From Pocillopora damicornis (Eukaryota): a stretch of DNA of 64,000 bases. The notes below the pieces were generated by a model that worked only from the letters and a program-made list of their open reading frames with translations, was not told the DNA's origin and ran no database searches. The position numbers and the translations under genes are program-made. Position 1 is the first letter of the stretch. Every line of letters begins with the position of its first letter. This document shows positions 47,701 to 60,496 of the stretch, piece after piece. Location of the stretch: the NCBI RefSeq assembly GCF_003704095.1, contig NW_020846109.1, positions 186,001 through 250,000 of the forward strand, written 5' to 3'.

Positions 47701-50700
47701 GTATTTTGGTTTTACTTTACAAACTCTCATGGGTGTTTTCTTTAGCGTGCCGAAAACATTAGGATTATTCCGAAAAATTATGCATGATCAGAAGTCCTGT
47801 TTTTTTTCTAACCAGCCAAACAGTAATCACAAAGAAGGAGGAGAACATATTTACGAAAAGTCTCAAAGAAAAATGAAGTCGTATTAACTTGCATTCTTTG
47901 GTTTTAATATACCTATTTAGGAAAAGGGATATTTACAACATGTCATGCGTCAGTGTTTCAAAATTTGTAATGTTTCATTTTCATAAATTGTTGTTTTTCC
48001 AAAAATGTATCCTTGACGAAACAGAAATTAGGCGCCTTTCCGTTTTGTAAAGTCTCTCAAATGACAATAATCTTGAACTTTAACTATTGTAGTAAGGTTC
48101 ACCCTGTATTAACCACATACGTCACGTGACGAATCCTCATTTTGTGCGTGAGAATATGAATTTGTGTCAGAGTGGAATTTTGTACCTCTGTCTATAGAGT
48201 TGCACCACTGTGCGCGAAAGAAAGTTTTTGGATTAGGCAAGAAACGAAACTTGATAAATAATCCTGAGTATTTGAATATTCAAGCTAATTGAAAACATAA
48301 TTGTTTGCATCCAGACGCCGTAGAGTCTCGATCGATTATACACTCAAGCTATCTTTAGTTCTTGAATATCACGATACAAATTAGTTAACGGCCAGTTATT
48401 ATCCATTTTATGCCACGATAAGCAAACACATCTTTTATATTTAAGCTTTTAGCGGCAGTCACTCTAAATGGCAGACAATTTCCTCTCACTCAATCTGTTA
48501 GTCATGCTGAATTGTCTTAGCTTGCTTTGTTTAATCTTTTACCTGCATTAGGGTATATTTGCACATCAGCTAGGTGTGGAGGATAGGAAACATTTTAAAA
48601 TTCCTCTTTAAACTTTTGCTAGAAGATAAATTGAAAGGAGTTGAATCAAGACTTTGGACTTGGTTTTTTAGAAACGAAAGAGAGGTTGAAGGGCCTTTGA
48701 CGAGATGCCAATATTTTGTTTAGTTGTCTATATTCTTCACCATAACTTATTGTGAATCAATCAAACGATCACTCACGCGATATCAATCATGAATTCAATA
48801 CCTCATTTTAATTCAATATCTATTTGGAACTTTAATTGGTTATTTGAATTGTTATACCTTAGTCTCGTTGGTGTTTTTTTTTTGTCTGCCTTAGAATGCA
48901 TCTCTCAAGGGGCAAATTTTAAGTATTTTACCATCATTTTTCTGAGATGACACTGTCCAAAGCAAATATATTATCTTTAATTGTAAAACTGCACATTTGC
49001 ATGTAAATTTTCGATCATTTTCCGAGTGTGAGAATATTTCCTTGTTACGAATTTTGTTTTCCATACGTGCTCAGTTTGCGATGTTCAGTACAGTGGCGGA
49101 TCTAGGGAAAGGGCCCGGGGGGACCCGGTCCCCCCTACCCCTTATTTTGGGTGAAAAGGTAAGAATCGCCGAAGGAAGAAAAGCCGCACCCTCCCTTAGC
49201 TCAAGTTCTGGATCCGCCACTGCAGTATATCAGCAAAATTTCTCCTCTTAGTCAAGTTAAGTTGATAACAAGACGCATGAAAAGTGCCTCTTCATGTGCA
49301 CAAAATTGATCCTGGTTTTCGGTCTGATTACCCTGAACAGGTTTACCAAGTATTAGAGCAGTGCACATGCCCTGTGCGGTACCCAGTGTTCCGTGTCGGG
49401 GAAGGAAAATACAGAGTTGGCGAGGCAAAGTCACTCATATTCGTCAGGGTAAGGAAGAGCTGGAATATGACTGTATTAAAATATAAATATATGTAACACA
49501 TGCAGGGGCGAACTAACAATTATTGCTTAGGCCAGGCCCTTCGTGTTCTTCTAAGTTGGGCATGGAAGCGAAAAAAAAAATCTCTACACACAACAACATG
49601 ATATTTAAAAAACTGCTAATAAGAATTTTTTGGGCTTTAAAGTGTTTCTGTTTTAGTTGTGCTTTTCCTTTTATTGTGTAGTCGTCCTCATCGAAAAACA
49701 TGACCTGCGTGAATTTCTCAAGTTATCGAATGCAACTCCTGTTTCTGGTGTGTGTCTGATACAATAAGATTTTTAGAAAATACATCATTGGTCCGAAAGA
49801 TAGCTGCAGCTCGAGCGTTCCGATTTTATGTCTTGTCAGGTCATGCGCAAGCACGTAATGGTTCGAGTTGGCGGGGGTTGGGATACTCTGGAGAGATATT
49901 TCGAGAAACACGATCCATGTAAAATAACAGGTAGGGTGATTAAGAAAATATTGCTATCAAAATATTGTTATAATATTGCTGAATCATTAAATCTATCGGA
50001 TTGCTACCAGGATTTTCCTGACTATTTTTATTAAGCGACTATTCTCTGAGACATTTTGGATACTTGAATAATTGACGAAGATCCAATGGTTCCATTCAAA
50101 GACTAAGAAGGAAGAAATATTTCCAGGAAATACGGCAGCGCTCTGATTCTCCTTTCAAGGAATCTATCTGACACAGTGATTCGATATTGAAGAAATTTTG
50201 ATTTTAATTTTTGGAGGATATTTTTTAAAACTTCCCTTTTGAAAGGTGCTTACCGGGCTATCATTTCTGTCAAATCGCGCGGTTCACAATGCTTTATCTG
50301 TTTCCCATCGCTGGGTCGGATCAACTGTCCTAACTGTGTGGAAAATCGATAAACTGTTCAATTTCCCCCAATAATTTCTTGTTTCCCTTTTATTTTACCC
50401 TCAAACTATAGAGAGACAGAGGAGAAACTCCGTTAAATCTCCTCGGTCGCGTAGTGGAAGCGATGTGATGGGCAGATCGCCAAGCTCTATGAGTTTATCC
50501 AGTTCAGACAGCCACGATTCATGTGGTCTGCCTGTGTCTCACGGACGCGCCCAGTCATGGAGTTCTCCTCACAACTCTTCTTCACAGGTTTGTTCACGAA
50601 AATCATCAGTAAAGTTTCGCTCGTTGTACAGCATTATAATTACAAGTTCCTGATCATCGTTATTGGAGCTCACTTAAAAGAGAACGGAGCGGAAAGACTA

Positions 50701-51034
50701 AAAGCCTAAACTCTTTAAAGATCTATTCATTTTTATACAATGAGTACTAAACAAAAATAGGCAAATTTCGGACAACGTTTGGCAATACATTTGTTTGTGT
50801 TGTTTTTACTCAGTGAGTGTCCTGAAATCGTGATGAATATATGAACATCAAATTTATTTTGTTTAATGGTAAACCATATACTAGAAAACAGTGAGGTTTT
50901 TAGACCCTGAAAATTTTCATAGAAAAGAAGATATGGAAATTATTATCAATTCAAAGGCACTTTGAAGGTAACTTGAGGCTCAATTATTTTTAAAGGAAAT
51001 ATATAGTTAAAATTCCACTACTTTGCCTAAGCGA

Positions 51035-51109
<75 letters not shown>

Positions 51110-54100
51110 GTTCTTTTTCCTTAATTATCTTATGACGTTTCTTTTTTTCTTATTTCTTTTCTGTTCTTTGGTGGGGATGAAAAGTAAACCAGGTTTTTTA
51201 AACTTAATCTAATTTCTGTTATTCGTGGAAGAGGAAAAAATTTTACTATCGCTTTGTGGGTGCAGTCGTTAGCGGTTCAAACGCCGGTTCACGAAAATTC
51301 CCGTGATTACGAAAAAAAAAAATTAAGACAGCAAAGCAATCTTAATTCCCGTCAATTCATCCGAGCTTTGGAAAAGATTTTTCAATGACGCGGCAATGAA
51401 TTACAGCTGTGCAGGTCACCACAGGTTTTGGACCGCGATCATGACAAAATCTAGAATGCCTTGTACAAACATTTTACTCAAATAACCTGTTTTCTCCACA
51501 AATTCTACTCGAGGCATTCTTTATTGAACACTCAAATGATACACCATTTTATTAGGAAAAATGTTTGGCGCTGTCGGTTGTGCAAGGGTAGCAATTTATT
51601 CATAATGGTTTAAATATAGCAATTACACACTTTAAAGGGCGCGGTGGCCCTGTGGCCCAATGGATAAGGCATCTGACTACGAATCAGGGGATTCCAGGTT
51701 CGAGTCCTGGCAGGGTCGTTTTTTTTTTTACAAGGGTATAGTTTTCTTATAATTTCATTTCTCAGCCCTAACATGTCAATTTTTACGTCCTTTCTCGGTT
51801 TGAACGCAAAAAAAAATATATATATATAGATATATATATTACATCGATTCTCTAGATCGGGGAATTTTTGGACAAAATTTCGGCAGTTTACGATACGATT
51901 TTATTTTAGAAAGTAGTTGACTCGGAAAAGTAGCCATAGCTTCATTTTATGATAGTGTCTCCCTGTTGGTTCACGTGGTATTGTGGGGAAAAAAATCCTC
52001 ACTTCTACTTTCAAGTTAAAGTTAACTTTATTTGAAAATTCTCGATTTCGTGAATGATGGTGATAGTGAAAAGGATAAATATAAAATTTACATGCCAAAA
52101 GCATATTTCATATCCAGGTACAAATAACTGAAAACACAGTAAAATAATATTTCCAACAGACTTACGAGGTTAAGATGCGATCATAAGCTAAAGCTAAAAA
52201 TCAGTTCCATATTAAAATGTAACGCTTGAAAGTGATCAAAAGCTCATCATAGACTGTGAAAACGTAACTTGACCTATGGTAATGTTCCCCAAAAAACCTT
52301 TCTGAATATTCACGATACACATTGGGTAGAAAGGGAGGCGGAATTAAATCAGAAAAACTCCTGCAACGATAACATTCAATCTATATCATCTAAGACTTCA
52401 TTTGCGTTACGAAATGGTGTTCAAGAACCCAGAGCCTCTGGCATTCATGCACTGATCTAAAAACCTAAAACGATAAACTTCACCTTATCCGTGAGATCAT
52501 TGCTGCATAGGGTTCTCCGCTATTCTTTGACAGCTTCTCTATTCGGTTTCGTAGGAACATCTGACACTCAATAATAATAACAATAATATTTGTTATCATA
52601 TTAATTATTTTGTGATCATATTATGTTATTACTTCTTTTGTTTAACGACAATCTTCCTTAAATTTTGGGCAAAGGTAAATTAGGGCCCTGATAGCCCTTC
52701 AAATTAACAAATAGATTCCAAGTTGCCGTGCGTCTGTTCAGTAATAGATCACAGATGACGTCAAAATGTGGTAAGAACAAAAAAGTGGCACACGAGGCGC
52801 AGCCGAGTGTGTCACTGATATTCTTACCACATTTGACGTCCTCTGTGATCTATTATTGAACAGACGCACGGCAACTTGGATTATTTTTGTTTTAGATAAT
52901 AAAGAATTAAAATATAAGGAAAAAAGTTTTAATGATGACGTCATCTATGCGTCTGTCCTCCAATAGATCATAAGTGAGAACCAATCAGAATGCGTGTATA
53001 ACTGAGCTTATTATATAATGGAAGATCGATAGTTAGTGATTTTTATAGCTCCTGATTGGCAAAGGCAGCATCTTTAAAAAAATATGACCCGTTACAGCAT
53101 TGTGATACTTACCAAGGCCGTGATTTGTTTATAGCTAAAGAGTCCACGAGATCCTGTGAGACAAGTTACTAGCAGGTCTCCCTCCAGAAGCCCTTCACCT
53201 TCAAGTTCTCCAAGGCTGCAGCCGCGTCAAAGACGAGACACATTATCACGTGACACACCGCCCAGAACCATCGATACACAGGCCCGTGGGCGGCTGACAA
53301 GAAAAAGCAAAAGCATGCAAGAATTAAACCTTAGTCCTTCTTATTATAAACCGACTTCGTCATCCATACGAAGGCAAAGTGTATCAGCAAGTGACAGCGC
53401 ATCCAAGGGGGCAAATGCCCCTGAACAATCTCGCAGAAAAAGCGTTGCGACCACTCCCCGAAAATCATCCATAACCAGGGCACGAGGTGAATCTCCTAGC
53501 GCTAGAAGTCGCTTAAGCCAGAGTGGCCCTGTTGACTCTCAAAGGCCGAGGTCTGCTGGGGTGGGAGTATCTAGAAGCGCCTCCTTCGGCTCTAGACCAC
53601 GCACCTTGATACCTGTAATGGAACCTCGCTCTAAAACTATGGCCAGCTCACAGCCAGCAAGGGAAACGCAGAGACGGGGGTCCCCTGCCATACCCGGAAG
53701 AGCTGATAATAGGGGTAAGTTAAAGTTTTGAAGTATAGGCGGGGTATGAAAACCTGCTTAAAAAGTTCCCCTCTTCACTCGATGATTATTGTCACGTAAG
53801 AGAAAGGTTACCTGATTCCCAGATAACTCACATGGCTACTTTCCTTACACAGAGGAAACACAAAAGAGGGAGCTTAGTGCTAGGCGCCGGTCATCTTCAG
53901 TTGCAACAGTTGGAAAGGCTCGGTCACCTAGCTCACCTAAGCCTGCGCAGAGGTCAACGGAAGAAAAACAAGAGAGGAGAGGGAAGCCCATTACATCGAA
54001 GATACCCAGCCACCAGCACAAACCAGATCAGCAGGCCACTAGAAAAATATCAACAGGAAGTACACATAGGACTTTGCCATCCACACCGAGGGAAAGAAAG

Positions 54101-55898
54101 CCTTCCACGGCACGCGAGAATGGCCTTCAAACTAATGGCATTAAAGCAGATCCAAAAGGCGGGCAGGTGAAAGACAGAGGAAAACTTCAGCCAACGCCGC
54201 CTTCTCCTCGAAAGGAGCTTGTAAGTAAACCAGCCATTAAAGATTATAACAACGGGAAGGCGACAAAAAAGATCACGAAAACTCGTGAGGAGAAAAAGGG
54301 AAGGGAACTTGGAGGTGTGCGAAATGAAAAAGATGAAATTGAGGACGACCAGTTGAGTAATACAGCATTTGAAGATAGCACCCCTGTTGTTAATGATGGT
54401 GAACTAAATGGGCAACATGATAATTCAAGTGAACATTTTAAGGCGATCGATGAAAGTTCTCTTGCAAGAGATATCTCCTCGCCAGATGAAAGGCCTTTTG
54501 AAAATCTTTCTGTGAATGGAAAGCGGGAAATGTTGGAATGTTCTTTCGAGACTGACAGTGATGTCACCAGCGACCTTTTAAGCGACTTGACCGACATCGA
54601 TTACGATCTGAGGAGTCAGCGGTACTCAGGTCTCTCCGAAGCGTCAAGTGACCTCTCATTTGGGACCAGTCCTGCTTCTAGATTATTTCACTCGGTAGAC
54701 CTGGAACGGAATACCTTGGAAACCACTATGGAGCCAGAGAACTCGCAATCAGGACACTCTCAGCAGTCACTCAGAGATTGCCTGTTCAATTTGAATCTAC
54801 AAGGCTCGGTGACTCCCACAATGAAAAGGCGCATTTTTGAGGATGCATCTGCAAAAGACACCAACGAAGAGCCTCCAGACAAAGTGGATGGACCGTTGTT
54901 ACAACCTCAGGACAAAGCTATGTTCTTTGATGTCGAGAAGTCACGCAATGACCGATCTCCAGATGAAGAAGACTCCACTAGTGGGTCTCCTAAAAGGTGG
55001 TCACTCGTCCAGTCCCTCATAAGTAGTATCGAAAAACGAGGTAATAATAAAAATGATTCTCCCAGAGGAAAAAAGAATTTTGCAGCGGTTGGCAAAACTT
55101 CTTACGTCATCAGCGCTGGTAAACACAAATTAGACAAATCAACGGTCGGCGTGCAGTTGGACAAGGGTAATTACCAGGCCCCTCGCGTCAGGTCTCCATC
55201 ACCCGACGAGCTTATCAAGGTAATAATTATATAGTTGATAATTCAATTACTCAGTTTATGATTTCCCTAAACTGCTTTAGACCTTCTATGCAATAAAGGA
55301 AGTCATAGACGGGACAGCTTAGGATAGGATGTGTATAATTTTGCGTTTTTCGATATTCTGGATCGTAGATCGTGCTGTTTGCTGCCGCAAGTGACAGTAA
55401 AAAGCAAGCAAAATATTTTCGAGCAATCCTAGAACATTGAGGGAGGAATCATCCATTTCTTAAAGATCAGCCCTACCAATTATTGCGCTTGCATTTACAA
55501 TGAAACAAAACTTTGTTTTAAGCATTAATCTATCTGTTACAAAACTGTTATTTTAGGACGGTTCTCCTGGAAACGATGAAATAGAAACTGAACATTGCGT
55601 TATCACACCTGATGAAGAAAATGACTCTCCGCGTGATCAACCAGTGTATGACATCAACAAGAACGTCTCGAACTCAAACTCCCACGGAAGCGCCGAAATC
55701 TTAACAAGTCCTAAACAGATTCCGGGAGAGAAACCATTCGAGAATTCCAATGTCAAAACGAGAAAGTCGTCATCGACATCATCGTCGCGGGAGAAGAGAA
55801 GAAAAGATAAAGAAATCGATGCGTTTCCACGACCTCAGCGTCAGTTTACTCTTGAGGAAATGATCGCAGATATGCTTCCTGCTGATGGAGAGTTATAG
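44799..55898 (+). CDS. GAS2L: GAS2-like protein (calponin-homology + GAR domain, long Ser/Arg/Pro-rich tail), 7 exons
   Basis: Exons 44799-45369, 49341-49448, 49840-49930, 50412-50587, 53135-53714, 53853-55219, 55557-55898 in phase. CH motifs [34 protein letters not shown]; GAR motifs [26 protein letters not shown]; SxIP-like SKIP and TLIP. Confidence 0.9.
49091..49222. mobile_element. MITE with CAGTGGCGGATC terminal inverted repeats
   Basis: CAGTGGCGGATCTAG ... CTGGATCCGCCACTG, flanked on both sides by CAGTA. Confidence 0.75.
51035..51108 (+). tRNA. tRNA-Asn(GTT), intronic in GAS2L
   Basis: GTCTCCGTGGCGCAATCGGTTAGCGCG-TTCGG-CT GTT AA-CCGAA-AGGTTGGTGGTTCAAGCCCACCCGGGGACG; T-run follows. Confidence 0.96.
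51646..51718 (+). tRNA. tRNA-Arg(ACG), intronic in GAS2L
   Basis: GGCCCTGTGGCCCAATGGATAAGGCA-TCTGA-CT ACG AA-TCAGG-GGATTCCAGGTTCGAGTCCTGGCAGGGTCG followed by a long T-run. Confidence 0.95.
52701..53020. mobile_element. Single copy of the 318-bp hairpin repeat
   Basis: Highly similar to 11428-11745; ends AAATT ... TAATG. Confidence 0.85.
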
Positions 55899-58089
55899 GA
55901 GACTGGGGACCAGCGTGCGTTGTCACCCGAGCCTCGGTTTCAAGCTTGGTTATAACTACGTTTGCTATAAACTTATTTCTAAAAGAATATTTCCAACAGG
56001 TGGTAGGCCAAAGTCTACTTTGAAAACTACTCGTTAAAGATGCTGTGAGCTTTCACCGCACTGCCCCAATACTAGCCTTACATGAAAATTCTCGTTTTCG
56101 TAATTCGTAAATTTTCGTTTGACTTGCACCGTGAGGAATGGGTTAGGAACGAAAGAATTTTTGTCTCTTCTGGTCAGTTCCTAATCTTTCCTAATTTCGT
56201 ATGAATTCTTCACTTATATCCTCTGAGTATGGAAGAGGCTCGAGAGTTAAACAATGGGTGGGTCCCCTGCGAACTTCATATTGGAATTTAGGAACAATAC
56301 AATATTTTTATCGACATAAATTATTTCTTTTTAAAAAGCAGGAGGGTACCCAAGGAGGCTCCACTCCCGCCTCGCCTAGCCGCGCCCATGAGTTCCTAAG
56401 AGACCAATACGAATGAAGAGTACCTCTATTCAAGAACTGGCGTCAAACATACTAACGGTATTCAGAGAAATCTTCGATTCAACTCGGAACTTTTTTTGAA
56501 CGAATCCAATGCTAATATGCTAATAATTTGTTTTTAGAGACAAGAGCAAGTTAAAAATTTAACGGTCAAAAGGCGCATAAATTACTATTATAATAATTAG
56601 TCGTGGAAAATACGACATATAGAAGATTTTTATTTCTTAAATTGCTGATCGCTGGAATCGAGAAAAACAAACATTTAAGGGTTTTATATAGTTTTAAAAT
56701 TTTAATCTTATTTCTATTTTTAAAGAGTGTATTGTTCTTATCCTAATCTCATCTAATTGACGTTGAAAATAGGAAGTTGCATTTATTTATTTATTATGAA
56801 TTTATATTGTTTGGTTGTAAGAATTTGGTTGATGGTTGATGTCATTTATATTCTTGCATACATTTGACGTGTATAAAGCTTTTAATCGTTTTTTTTCTTT
56901 TTTCGCTCCCAGAAGAGTTCTCTGACGTGTTCCTGAGAAACTAAATCTCATGCACAAAGCTAAACTAAACTGGCTTCGAGGCGTCAACTGATCAAACTCT
57001 GTATTCTCGTCCATGTCTATTAATCCGTGAGGGCTTGTGATGGCCACTTAAGTGTCTTATTTATATCAAGTAGCATTTCAGTGACGAATTATTACAAATC
57101 ATCCTTTTTCCATACACCAAAAAGGAGTGGGAGGAGGGCGTGGGTACACAGGCACTGGCACCTCTCCTGAGGGCCCTTCCCCCTTTTTTTCCTCATCAGA
57201 TTTTCCCTTCCATTGACTGTAAAGACATTTATTGATCGCTGATAATTGTTACTCTGGTCTGCATTAGATGCATTTTGAAATGAAGAGAATTTGCACAATG
57301 TGTTGCTCTCTTTGTATGAAGTCCTGAGGCGACGCATACTTTTAAAAAAAATACATTTCTCCTTCAACAGGCAGCGGGAAAAAAAATATCAATTTCCTGA
57401 AGGGGTTTACGCTTTTCGAAAAGTTTGCAGATAAGGAAACGAGATGCGCTCTGATCATCTTTTTCAGCCCAGAACAAGTGTATTCTTCAATTGCTCTGTA
57501 CTAAAGAAATAGTATCATCTTTTAATTATGTTTACAGAGGGATACTGATATCTGTCAGTTTTAATGCATGTTGTTAATAAGCGATCATAGCAAATACAGT
57601 GCACATAACATGTAAATACAGTAAGGAGCATGCGCACTATTGCAACTCAGCGTATGCTGACCCAACGTCCAACGATAGCATAATTGCATGCCTCCGTCTA
57701 ACGTGGCACTGACTGTATGACACAGGTCATTTTAAAGAGTTAGAGTTTTTCAATAGCACGCATCTCATTAGATTAAGCATGTCCGTAATAGTAAGAAATT
57801 GTCCTCAAACTTTCACATCTGTAGCGACAAGAAATACACAATTCGTGCATAAATTAACATAATACTGAAAGGCTGTAACAGAGTCTCGTTGAAAATCGCT
57901 GTAAAAGGAAGATGGACATCATTCTGCACTACAACTAAATAGTCAATAAGCCTCTTGATAAATAACTGAGCCAAACTATTACAGTTATTTTTCCGTCGGT
58001 GAATGTATTTGTCGACGAGTTAATTCTTAATTTATTTTTAAAAAAGTGTAAAATAATTTTTCTTTTATCGTACAAAATTTTGTTTCTTA

Positions 58090-58790
58090 TTAATTAGCAC
58101 TGATCCTTTCTGAGTCCAAGTCGTGGTTACAAAATTGTTCCGTTTCAGTTGATCCTTCCAAAGCTGTCGTTGAACTTTTACCTCCGCTGACCGCCATACT
58201 TACCTGGTCAAAATATCCTGTCCCTACCTCCCTCTGGTGTTTATGTGCAGTAAAGCCCGATTGCGCTTGCGCAAACTCGTCCTCTTGAATCTTGGTGTTG
58301 GCAGACATACGTCACGTGCTAACTTGAAAATAGCGTGATTAAGCGAGTGGAAGCCAGCTTAGGTAATAAACTGATGTCTGTAGCCCATTTTACCAAGTTC
58401 TTTCTGAAACTCACCAATCTCTTTATCGCTGAGGTTGGCTTTCCAGTTGAAGGAAAGCGAGCAGTTGTATACGAGCGGCTTTCCTGGAAACATGGAGTGG
58501 ATTCCATCGGCAAACATGTGCGCTTCGTCCAAGTTAGGTTTACCTGTCTCGCACCAGATTACATTTACATTTACATTACAGATTAACGATCCTCGGAGTT
58601 TCTCCACCGCTTCTGGTCCATAGTCCCGTCGAATAACAGTAAATCCGTACTTTCGTGTGCAAATTTTTAACAGTGTGTTCATCTTGAGACCTTTACTAAG
58701 AGCCATTCTGGTTGAAAGTGAGAAGGTTATCCAGAGTCTGGAAAAAAGCTACTAAAATTAAACGCGGCAATACTGACCCATCGGAAGGTT
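58090..58790 (-). pseudogene. Internally deleted tandem duplicate of isocitrate lyase
   Basis: 5' part of ICL exon 1 ([13 protein letters not shown], plus upstream intron) is fused via filler DNA to the distal exon 3 ([16 protein letters not shown]). The KKCGH catalytic region is absent and the 3' part has frameshifts. Confidence 0.9.
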
Positions 58791-59699
58791 AATGTCACGA
58801 AACAGGATGTTCAGAACCATCATTTGTTTTTTTAGTAGTTTCTAAAAATACGTGCGGCGGTTTGTGCAATTGGAAGTCTGACCTGAAGTAGACTGAATTA
58901 AAATGACAATTATGTAAAGTCACTGAATTTCATGAGGATTTTTACATAAGAAAGAGGCCGGGATAGCGCGGAAAACATGCAACGCACACCCACAGAACAT
59001 ATATCGCATTAAGACCAATTAACTCAGGAACAATCAGTACTGCTCGATAAATTTTCACCCCAAGAGTGAAAATTTCATCCGTCAGTGTTGCATTAAGGTG
59101 GAATTTAATTAATGTTTAGTGTAATGAGATCACCGGTAAAGCTAACGCCGTCCAGTTTAAGAAATGCAAAAGATCATGGCTTCTCTAATTTGTATTACTC
59201 GTTGACTCCTTGTGATATTTTGCTTTGCTGTGATTGGCTGTTGTGATGAGTCTAGTTTTGATGGGTTGTGATGTGCGCTCCTGAAGAGAACTCGATAGTT
59301 CATTTTTTGAAACCTCCCATAATCAGTTCTTTAAATGTCTTCATTCTTAATCGACACAAGTGGTTGCTGATCTTCATAACGGTATGTTGTCTTCTATCAT
59401 AAAGATATTTTGATATGTATTCTGACGTCGCGATGGAAGAATTTGTTGAAGCAGCAGTTTTTTCAATTGCCAAGATTTATTTTTCTAGGAAAGGTTCATA
59501 GGCTGTCATACTTTATTTTTATAGCGCTATTTCCTTTAGCTCAAAGGCGCTTTACAATGATTACGATTGGAAATCAAAATCAAAATTTTACAATTGTAGG
59601 CGATCTATCAGAAATCTGGGTAGACTATACAATAACGAATTGGCATTACCTAACTTAAATGTAATGACTAACTTTTCGGTGTCTGCTAGCCGGATAAAC

Positions 59700-59937
59700 A
59701 TTCTCTTGTCTTGCTAATGTTCTTGAGGTGGAAGAAGTAGTCCTTACAGGTACAGGTGACATGTTTATCTAATAGCATGTGTTCATCGAAAATAACTCCA
59801 ATGTTTCTCGCAGAAGGAAATGGCTAGATCTGTTCACCAAACACATCGACGTACTCTNNNNNNNNNNGCTCCGTCTTTCCTCTGTTCACTTTTAGTTTAT
59901 TGTTCACCATCCACGAGTCGATCTCGGAAACACACGC
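59700..59937 (-). mobile_element. L2/CR1-type LINE ORF2 fragment
   Basis: Minus-strand translation CVSEIDSWMVNNKLKVNRGKTE..SARNIGVIFDEHM..KHV matches the RT-distal W..N.LK.N..KTE / RNLGV.FD motif. Confidence 0.7.
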
Positions 59938-60496
59938 AAAATGTATCAATATACATCAGTATAACGAATTCAAAAGGCTAAGGGTACACCTTTTATGGGA
60001 AAAAAATTTAAATTATGCCGAAACAAAAGTGATGTAAAATTTTAAAGTTAATTGTTATTTTCGCAAATAAAGGTTGAGAGATAGCATGATTGACTTGATT
60101 AAACGCAACTTTATTTTGAAACCTAGCCAATATTTAAGACAGTAGACAAGACGTGACGGGAACTACTTACTGCTAAATTAAGTTTAAACATGCATGTTCT
60201 TAGAGCCGTGAAACATAAAATCTTCCCGTGTCGTGATCAAATATTCTTCATTCTCATTTCACAACATAAATACAAAGGTATAAAAAATTTTAACGTATTT
60301 CTCGTGGATTTTGTTCATATGAATGCTTTGTTCAATATCCTCAATAAATTATTTGGATCTGTAGTCAGTGTACGCGGTCAAATATTAAATATCTTACGTC
60401 ATATATCTTCACTATTCATCAAAAGTCCTATATACACTTAGTAGATTTTCTTTAGTTACCTTTTATAACATATATTCAAACGATCTCGGTTTCTCA

